A stretch of 16,126 nt of DNA from Clostridium sp. CAG:793. GTDB lineage: Bacteria; Bacillota; Clostridia; TANB77; CAG-508. Every line of letters begins with the position of its first letter. Within the stretch, counting starts at the first letter, position 1. Position numbers and translations under genes: made by a program. The notes beneath the pieces were generated by a model that did no database searches, was not told the origin of the DNA, and worked only from the letters and a program-made list of their open reading frames with translations. Shown in pieces: positions 1 to 6,726 of this stretch. The stretch is taken from positions 1 to 16,126 of the forward strand of contig HF993645.1 of NCBI GenBank assembly GCA_000433915.1, written 5' to 3'.

Positions 1-275
1 AAAAAACAAAAAAATTAATAAATTTTAAATAAAAAAATAAAAAAATTAATTAAAATTCAATTTAAGACTATTTAAAAAAATAAAAATATAATTACACAAA
101 ATAATAAAAAAAATAAAATAAAGCAAATTTGAAAAGAAAAATAAATAAAAAATATAAAAAAAAACTAAAAAACGTTAAAAAATATAAAAAATTTATTAAA
201 AATCGCTCAAAAAAATAAAAAAAACATTAAATTTTATAAAAAAAGGGCCAAAAAAATAAAATTTAATTAAAAAGC
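1..275. other. ORF-free, extremely A-rich (+ strand) A-tract array upstream of gyrB
   Basis: No ORF in any frame in the track. The + strand is almost entirely A with scattered T and very few G/C. A 16-nt direct repeat TAAAAAATATAAAAAA occurs at 146-161 and 176-191, exactly 30 bp apart, with many further A5-A9 tracts. Confidence 0.6.
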
Positions 276-304
276 TTGACAAAAACAAAAAATAAAAATA
301 AACT
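276..304 (+). promoter_or_regulatory. Candidate sigma-A promoter of gyrB (TTGACA-N17-TAAACT)
   Basis: TTGACA at 276-281, 17-nt spacer, TAAACT at 299-304. GGAGGA SD at 312-317 and ATG at 328 follow. Confidence 0.4.
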
Positions 305-327
305 TATAACTGGAGGATAGAATAAAC

Positions 328-2244
328 ATGGAAAAATATAACCACGCATACGGTGCAAATCAAATACAAGTATTAGAAGGACTCGAAGCAGTTAGAAAAA
401 GACCAGGAATGTATATTGGAAGTGTATCAATTAGAGGATTACATCACTTGGTATATGAAATTGTAGATAACTGTGTAGATGAAGCTTTAGCAGGATATTG
501 TGACCGCATAGAAGTAAAAATTGAACCAGGTAACATAATATCTGTTGAAGATGATGGAAGAGGAATTCCAGTTGACATACATCCTAAAACTCACATCTCA
601 GCCGCAGAAACAGTTTATACAGTATTGCATGCCGGTGGAAAATTTGGAGGAGATAGTGGATATAAAGTATCTGGTGGACTTCATGGAGTTGGAGCATCCG
701 TAGTAAATGCATTATCAGAATGGACTGAAGTAACAATACAAAGAGATGGCGGAATCTTCCAAATGAAATTTGAAAGAGGAAAAACAGTAGAGAAACTAAC
801 AAAAATAGGAGAATCAAATAAAACTGGAACTCGTGTTAGATTTTTGGCTGATGGAACTATATTTGAAACATTAAACTATGATTATGACACTTTAGAAGAC
901 AGATTCAGAGAAATGGCATTTTTAACTAAAGGATTATATATTAGCATTGAAGACTTAAGAGGTGAAACACCTAAAAAAGCAGAATTTTGCTTTGAAGGAG
1001 GATTACGTTCTTTTGTTGAATATTTAAATAAAAATAAAGAAAAAATAAATCCAGAGCCTATATATATTGAAAAAACAAATGCAGAAATACCAGTAGAAAT
1101 TGCACTACAATATACAACTGCATATAATGAAAATATATATTCATTTGTCAATAATATAAATACAATAGAGGGTGGAACACACCTAGAAGGATTTAAAAGA
1201 GCATTAACAAAAGTATTTAATGATTATGCAAGATCACATGGAATATTAAAAGAAAAAGACAATAATTTACAAGGTGAGGATATCAGAGAAGGACTTACAG
1301 CTGTTATTTCCGTAAAGGTTAAAGAACCACAATTTGAAGGACAGACAAAAACAAAACTTGGAAATAGTAATGTCACAGGAATTGTACAATCAATAGTAGT
1401 GGATGCATTAAGCACATATTTAGAAGAAAATCCTACTGTTGCAAAATCAATATTAGAAAAATGCGTTAGTGCATCACACGCACGTGAAGCAGCAAGAAAA
1501 GCAAGAGAACTAGTTAGAAAGAAAAGCTCACTAGAAGTAACAACATTACCAGGAAAATTAGCAGATTGTAGTAGTAAAAATGCAGATGAGTGTGAAGTTT
1601 ATATCGTAGAGGGAGACTCTGCTGGAGGAAGTGCAAAGCAAGGAAGAAATAGAAAATATCAAGCAATTTTACCGTTATGGGGAAAAATGCTTAATGTTGA
1701 AAAATCAAGAGCTGATAAAATCTATAATAATGATAAATTAAAACCAGTTATACAAGCTATTGGAGCAGGAATAGGAGCTGACTTTGATGTAACTAAAATA
1801 CGTTATGGTAAAGTTGTAATTATGGCAGATGCCGATGTTGATGGAGCACATATTAGAACATTATTATTAACATTCTTCTTTAGATATATGAGACCTCTAA
1901 TAGAACAGGGACATGTATTTTTAGCACAACCCCCTTTATATAAAGTATCAAAAAAAGGAATAAAAGATGTATACTGCTATACAGATGAAGAATTAGATGA
2001 AGAACTTGAAAAAATAGGAAGAGATAATGTATCAATACAAAGATATAAAGGACTTGGAGAAATGAATCCAGAACAACTATGGGAAACAACTATGGATCCA
2101 GAAAATAGAATATTTGTAAAAGTTACAATGGATGATGCAATAAAAGCTGATCAAATATTTACTATTCTTATGGGAGATGAAATTGAACCTAGGAGACAAT
2201 TTATAGAAAAAAACGCAAAATTTGTAAAAAACTTAGATGTATAG
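328..2244 (+). CDS. gyrB: DNA gyrase subunit B
   Basis: 638-aa ORF with GHKL ATPase motifs ([37 protein letters not shown]), Toprim motifs ([30 protein letters not shown]) and a C-terminal [23 protein letters not shown] lies 10 nt upstream of the ATG. TAG stop. Confidence 0.97.
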   Translation: MEKYNHAYGANQIQVLEGLEAVRKRPGMYIGSVSIRGLHHLVYEIVDNCVDEALAGYCDRIEVKIEPGNIISVEDDGRGIPVDIHPKTHISAAETVYTVLHAGGKFGGDSGYKVSGGLHGVGASVVNALSEWTEVTIQRDGGIFQMKFERGKTVEKLTKIGESNKTGTRVRFLADGTIFETLNYDYDTLEDRFREMAFLTKGLYISIEDLRGETPKKAEFCFEGGLRSFVEYLNKNKEKINPEPIYIEKTNAEIPVEIALQYTTAYNENIYSFVNNINTIEGGTHLEGFKRALTKVFNDYARSHGILKEKDNNLQGEDIREGLTAVISVKVKEPQFEGQTKTKLGNSNVTGIVQSIVVDALSTYLEENPTVAKSILEKCVSASHAREAARKARELVRKKSSLEVTTLPGKLADCSSKNADECEVYIVEGDSAGGSAKQGRNRKYQAILPLWGKMLNVEKSRADKIYNNDKLKPVIQAIGAGIGADFDVTKIRYGKVVIMADADVDGAHIRTLLLTFFFRYMRPLIEQGHVFLAQPPLYKVSKKGIKDVYCYTDEELDEELEKIGRDNVSIQRYKGLGEMNPEQLWETTMDPENRIFVKVTMDDAIKADQIFTILMGDEIEPRRQFIEKNAKFVKNLDV

Positions 2245-2332
2245 AAATAATGTTTTTGACAAAAAAAGACATTATTCGACAAACACAAATTTAAATGAAA
2301 GACTTAGAACTGTAACGAAAAATATAAAAAAC

Positions 2333-2370
2333 AAACAGCATGTAATAGTAGTATTACATGCTGTTTTGTC
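2333..2370 (+). terminator. Rho-independent terminator after gyrB
   Basis: Perfect 15-bp stem AAACAGCATGTAATA (2333-2347) / TATTACATGCTGTTT (2352-2366), 4-nt loop GTAG, followed by a short T-run (TTTTG). Confidence 0.7.
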
Positions 2371-2392
2371 GATTTATGTCGAACGATTTTTG

Positions 2393-2421
2393 TTGACATC
2401 TTATGGAAACCGTAGTATCAT
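2393..2421 (+). promoter_or_regulatory. Candidate sigma-A promoter of the VirB4-like block (TTGACA-N17-TATCAT)
   Basis: TTGACA at 2393-2398, 17-nt spacer, TATCAT at 2416-2421. AAAGGAGAA SD (2431-2439) and ATG 2442 lie downstream. Confidence 0.55.
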
Positions 2422-2441
2422 AAAAACAAGAAAGGAGAAAA

Positions 2442-2975
2442 ATGAAACTTGAACAAATCCATTCTGTTCAAAATTGGCTTCCATTCGAAAAGATTTTAGA
2501 GAAAGGAATAGTAAAATTAAAAGACAACTCCTATATAAAAATATTAAATATAAGTCCAATAAATTATATACTAAAATCAGATTTAGAAAAAGAAGCGATT
2601 TTAAATTCATATAACAATATTTTTAAAAATTGTAATTTTAATATGCAAATATTAGTGCAAAGCAAAAAAATAGATTTATCTAATCATATAAAAAAAATAA
2701 AAAGTAATTCCTTCCAACAGAACTTAAAAGAAAAATATATAGATTATATAAATCAATATGTATCAACAAAAAAATCATCAAACAAAAAATTTTATTTAAT
2801 AATAAAAAGTCCAAAAGAAGAACAAGAAGAATCAGTAATTTTACAAAATTTGCAAGAAAATTACATAAAAGTCAGAGATTTATTTTCAAGATGTGGAAAC
2901 TTGGTATCTGAATATACAGAAGAAAAACAAATTTATGAGATTTTACACTCATTCTTTTATTCAACAAAAAATTAA
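2442..2975 (+). CDS. VirB4/PrgJ/TcpF-type T4SS ATPase, N-terminal domain fragment (ends at an in-frame TAA)
   Basis: 177 aa. The N-terminus (NWLPFEKILEKGIVKLKDNSYIKILNISPINYILKSDLEKEAILNSYNNIFKNCNFNMQILVQSKK) follows the pattern I recall for the N-terminal domain of Gram-positive VirB4-like conjugation ATPases. Good SD and ATG. Same reading frame as the next ORF. Confidence 0.7.
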   Translation: MKLEQIHSVQNWLPFEKILEKGIVKLKDNSYIKILNISPINYILKSDLEKEAILNSYNNIFKNCNFNMQILVQSKKIDLSNHIKKIKSNSFQQNLKEKYIDYINQYVSTKKSSNKKFYLIIKSPKEEQEESVILQNLQENYIKVRDLFSRCGNLVSEYTEEKQIYEILHSFFYSTKN

Positions 2976-3062
2976 AATAATAACAAAAGAGGTGGAAATA
3001 TAGATAATTATATAGGAGGAACATTTTCAAAAAGGGATTATTTAAGTCCGTCATATATTAAC

Positions 3063-4748
3063 TTGAATAATCCCAAATATATTGAAATTGACGGAACATA
3101 TTATTCAAGTCTAATAATAGTAAACTATGTAAGAGAACAAAATGATTTAATATTTCAAAATATTATTGATACAGATGAAAATATTTATTTATCAATATTT
3201 TACGAAAAACAGGACACTTACAAAGTAATAAAAGATTTAACATATAATATTGGAAATGTAGGAGTTGATCTGGAAAACATAGGAAAAAGTAGACAAGACT
3301 ATGAAATTGCAGCATTTACGTATAATGACGCAAAATACATAAGAAAACAACTACAAATTGATAATGAAGAATTATACTACATATACACGTATGTTACAGT
3401 ATTTTCAAACAATAAAAAAGATCTAGAATATAAAACAAATAAAATTGAAGGATTATTAAGAAGTAGAGGAATGCAAACTAAAAAAGCATATTTTAGACAA
3501 GAACAAGTGTATCAGGCAAGTCTTCCATTATTAATAAATAGTAAAGATATAAAAGAAGTATCAAAAAGAAACATTTTAACTAGCTCTATATCAGCGACTT
3601 ATCCTTTAATATCATCATCATTATTTGATGAAAATGGAATATTTATAGGAACTAATGTATATAACAATTCATTAATTTTCATAGATAAATATAACAGAAA
3701 TAAATATAAAAATTCAAACATGTGTATATTTGGAACAAGTGGTTCAGGAAAATCATTTTTTACAAAATTAATGATATTAAGAAACAGTTTAATGGGATTG
3801 GAACAATATATAATTGATCCAGATAGAGAATATAATAAACTAGCAGAAGAATTAAATGCATCTATTATAAAATTAGGAGCAAGCTCAGAAAGTTATATTA
3901 ATATTTTTGATATTAGAGAAGAAAGCTTAGAAGAAGATCAAAAAGGTTATCTAGCAACAAAAATAAATAAATTAATTAATTTTTTCAATTTAATTTTTAA
4001 TTCAATGACAGAAATAGAAAAATCAATATTAGAAGAAAAAATAATACAAATATATGAAGAAAAGGGGATAACTTTTAATGATAAAACACTATACAAAAAT
4101 AAAAAATTCAAAACCACAAAAGATATGCCAATACTTGAAGATCTATATAATAAACTCGAAGGAAATTTAAAAACAAGATTAAAACCATTTGTTTATGGGT
4201 CACTAAGCTATCTAAACAAACATACAAATGTAGAATTAAATAATTCAATAATAATTGCAGATATTTATGAACTAGGAGAAGAAAACATTAAATTTGGAAT
4301 GTATATTTTTATAGAATTATTTTGGGATAAAATAAAAAAAGATAGAAAAATAAAAAAATCAATTTATTTAGATGAAATATGGAAACTAATTGGGGTAACG
4401 TCAAACAAAGACGTAGCAAGCTTTATTTACAAAATTTTTAAAACAATAAGAAAATATGGAGGTAGTGCAGTTGCAATAACACAAGACATATCAGACTTAT
4501 TTAGCTTAGAAAATGGAACCTATGGAAAAAGTATATTAAACAACTCAGAAATAAAAACATTTTTTTATCTTGAAGAAGAAAATATAAAAATATTAGAAAA
4601 ATATTTAAATATTTCACAAAAAGAAAAATTAGAAATAAATTCATTAAAGAGAGGAGAATGTGTAATGTTTGTAGGAAAAGAACACATATTAGCAAAAATT
4701 GAATCTGCAGATTTTGAAAAAGAAATAATAGGAGGTGAAAATAATTAA
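3063..4748 (+). CDS. VirB4/PrgJ/TcpF-type T4SS ATPase, central and C-terminal P-loop part
   Basis: 561 aa from a TTG with no SD. Walker A IFGTSGSGKSFF, Walker B SIYLDEIW, AITQDISDL motif. The frame is actually open from 2976, directly after the TAA of the upstream ORF. The 29 intervening codons read NNNKRGGNIDNYIGGTFSKRDYLSPSYIN. The true start is uncertain. Confidence 0.8.
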   Translation: MNNPKYIEIDGTYYSSLIIVNYVREQNDLIFQNIIDTDENIYLSIFYEKQDTYKVIKDLTYNIGNVGVDLENIGKSRQDYEIAAFTYNDAKYIRKQLQIDNEELYYIYTYVTVFSNNKKDLEYKTNKIEGLLRSRGMQTKKAYFRQEQVYQASLPLLINSKDIKEVSKRNILTSSISATYPLISSSLFDENGIFIGTNVYNNSLIFIDKYNRNKYKNSNMCIFGTSGSGKSFFTKLMILRNSLMGLEQYIIDPDREYNKLAEELNASIIKLGASSESYINIFDIREESLEEDQKGYLATKINKLINFFNLIFNSMTEIEKSILEEKIIQIYEEKGITFNDKTLYKNKKFKTTKDMPILEDLYNKLEGNLKTRLKPFVYGSLSYLNKHTNVELNNSIIIADIYELGEENIKFGMYIFIELFWDKIKKDRKIKKSIYLDEIWKLIGVTSNKDVASFIYKIFKTIRKYGGSAVAITQDISDLFSLENGTYGKSILNNSEIKTFFYLEEENIKILEKYLNISQKEKLEINSLKRGECVMFVGKEHILAKIESADFEKEIIGGENN

Positions 4749-5859
4749 GAACGTTATAACTGCAATAGGAAACCAAAAATTAATAAAGGATTTAAAAGAA
4801 AATCAAATAAATGTATTATGCAATGATATTTCATATAGAGAAGGAATATTAGAATTCTTAGAAGTAAATAAAAATATTGATTATATTATAATAAACGAAA
4901 AAATAGAAGGAGAAATACCAATAGAAGAATTAATTGAAAAAATAAAAGAATCAAATAGAAAAATAAAAATAATTTTAATAAGTGATAGTAAAAGAAGATA
5001 TAATAAAATTCATTATAAAATGAATAAAATTGATGAAAGAAAAATAGTAGAAATTATAAATAATAATGTAATGAGTAAAAAGACTATACCAATAAATAAT
5101 TTTTTTTCAGAAGAAACTAAAGATGGAAAAATACTCACAATATTAGGCGCAAATGGAATAGGAAAAAGTATATTTTCAGTAACATTTGCAGCAAACATTA
5201 AAGATAAAAAGGTATTAATAATAGACTTTGATATTTTAAATAATAGTTTACAATATTTATTAGCGGTAAAAAATTATGATAAAGATATAAAAAATAAAAT
5301 AATGAAAAATAATTTAAATTCAAATATCAATATAAATGACTATGTAATAAAAACAAAATATAATGTTGACCTAATATCAGGAGTAAATTTAATTTTTAAT
5401 AATGCAAAACAATCAAGTATTACAAAAATAAAAAATACAATAAAACAAGCAAAAAAATTATATGATTTAATAATAGTAGATACTTCATCAGAATGCTTTA
5501 TGGATTATACAAAAGAAATGATAAAGATGTCAAATCAATCAATATTAATATCAGGGGCTAATTCATTAGAAATAAAGAAAGCAAAAAAATTATTACAAAT
5601 ATATACTGAAGAATGGAACATTGCAAAAGAACAACTAAATATTATATTTAATAAATGCACAAAATATTCAATTGACGATGAGATTTTAAAAGGAGTATTT
5701 AAAGGATATAATATTTTAGGAAAAATAAAGTTAGATGATTATTATGATTTAGTAATTAATAAACAATCAAATCAAGAAAAAGTAATAAAAGAAGAACTAT
5801 CATATATAAGAGAAAAAATATTAAATAAAAAGATTAAAGAACAAATGAAAAGGAGGTAA
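4735..5859 (+). CDS. Pseudo-receiver + ParA/MinD-family P-loop ATPase (TadZ/CpaE-like architecture)
   Basis: The N-terminal ~120 aa resemble a CheY-like fold but lack the acceptor Asp (DYIIINEKIEG). The C-terminal part has a deviant Walker A ILGANGIGKS and hydrophobic-Asp Walker B motifs (VLIIDFD, LIIVDTS). Overlaps the VirB4-like stop by 14 nt. The start codon is uncertain because GTG 4735 lies inside the SD. Confidence 0.65.
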   Translation: MKIIKNVITAIGNQKLIKDLKENQINVLCNDISYREGILEFLEVNKNIDYIIINEKIEGEIPIEELIEKIKESNRKIKIILISDSKRRYNKIHYKMNKIDERKIVEIINNNVMSKKTIPINNFFSEETKDGKILTILGANGIGKSIFSVTFAANIKDKKVLIIDFDILNNSLQYLLAVKNYDKDIKNKIMKNNLNSNININDYVIKTKYNVDLISGVNLIFNNAKQSSITKIKNTIKQAKKLYDLIIVDTSSECFMDYTKEMIKMSNQSILISGANSLEIKKAKKLLQIYTEEWNIAKEQLNIIFNKCTKYSIDDEILKGVFKGYNILGKIKLDDYYDLVINKQSNQEKVIKEELSYIREKILNKKIKEQMKRR

Positions 5860-5899
5860 TTAAATAGAAGCAATATTAACAAATCAATTAGACAATACC

Positions 5900-6601
5900 A
5901 TGCAAAATGAGATAACAAACACCATACAAATAGCAAAAGAACAAAACAATTTTTTAGAAACAACAATAGGAAAATTAATAAATACAGGAATAAATACTGG
6001 ATTAAGAGTATTATTACCAGATTTAATAGAAGACCAGATTATATCAATTAAAGATGAAATAATAAAAAACGGATTTAAAGCAGGAATACAGCAAACTGTC
6101 TCATCAGCAATAGAATTAGGAAAAAGTGTAGTAGGTATGGTGACTGGTAAATTTGATAATATAAATCAAGCACAAACTGTAATAAAATCAGGAGGTCTAA
6201 TAGATACAGTATCAAATTTACTTGACAAGGGAATAAATACAACAATAAAAAATAATATAATTTCTACAAATGTAGGCAAAGTAATAAAAAGAGGAAAAAA
6301 TACCATATTAAATACCATAAGCAATAATATAGAAAATAATTTTACAAGCCAAATAAATAGTATAGAAAAAATTAATAAATATTCAAACAATTGGAATAAT
6401 TATTATAAAAATAAAGACCTAGATGGAATGGAAAGAGAATATAAAAAAATCAAAGAAAAATTAAAAGAAACAATGCCATTAGAAAAAACAATAATAGATG
6501 CTAGAAAAATTGAAAATATACATAAACTAATAAAAAACAATGGAGGAAATTTTAATTTAAGTGCAGAAGAAATTGGACTGGCTCAAAAATTAATATACTA
6601 A
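5900..6601 (+). CDS. Hypothetical protein, predicted soluble and helical, N/K/I-rich
   Basis: 233-aa ORF with no TM segment or signal peptide. Co-oriented and tightly packed with the preceding ATPase genes. No motif I can assign. ATG 5900 lacks an SD, and the frame is open from 5864. Confidence 0.5.
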   Translation: MQNEITNTIQIAKEQNNFLETTIGKLINTGINTGLRVLLPDLIEDQIISIKDEIIKNGFKAGIQQTVSSAIELGKSVVGMVTGKFDNINQAQTVIKSGGLIDTVSNLLDKGINTTIKNNIISTNVGKVIKRGKNTILNTISNNIENNFTSQINSIEKINKYSNNWNNYYKNKDLDGMEREYKKIKEKLKETMPLEKTIIDARKIENIHKLIKNNGGNFNLSAEEIGLAQKLIY

Positions 6602-6661
6602 ATTTCAATAAAATTAATACTCTCAAATATGCTGTAAATTAATAAAAAAAGCAATTTTTCC

Positions 6662-6690
6662 TTGCAATTTTAAAAGGACTTTAGTATAAT
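6662..6690 (+). promoter_or_regulatory. Candidate sigma-A promoter of gyrA (TTGCAA-N17-TATAAT)
   Basis: TTGCAA at 6662-6667, 17-nt spacer, consensus TATAAT at 6685-6690. GAAAGAGGT SD and ATG 6727 lie downstream. Confidence 0.55.
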
Positions 6691-6726
6691 AAAGAAGTAA
6701 AAAATAGCTAGGAAAGAGGTAAACAA

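Noticed and set aside
1-327. The idea that the A-rich region is oriC or a DNA-unwinding element.
   Set aside because: I found no TTATNCACA-type DnaA boxes in it. Its position after whatever precedes gyrB is not the usual dnaA-dnaN flank. Curvature or promoter-upstream function is more parsimonious, so it is kept only as a low-interest finding.
584-2089. Antisense ORFs inside gyrB (584-817, 882-1151, 1224-1415, 1880-2089).
   Set aside because: They lie entirely within and opposite a strongly supported gyrB CDS. Their products are low-complexity L/F/I-rich strings, as expected from the T-rich antisense strand of a purine-rich gene, and they have no SDs.
2237-2452. 71-aa + strand ORF in the gyrB / VirB4-like intergenic region.
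   Set aside because: It spans the gyrB stop, the 15-bp-stem terminator, the predicted promoter and the next gene's SD and start. It has no SD of its own. The space is better explained as regulatory DNA.
2973-2975. Alternative genetic code (reassigned TAA or TGA) as the explanation for the in-frame stop and the split ORFs.
   Set aside because: TAA terminates most well-supported genes here, including gyrA. The 638-aa and 831-aa gyrase ORFs are uninterrupted under code 11. Reading the TGA at 14346-14344 through as sense runs into further stops almost at once.
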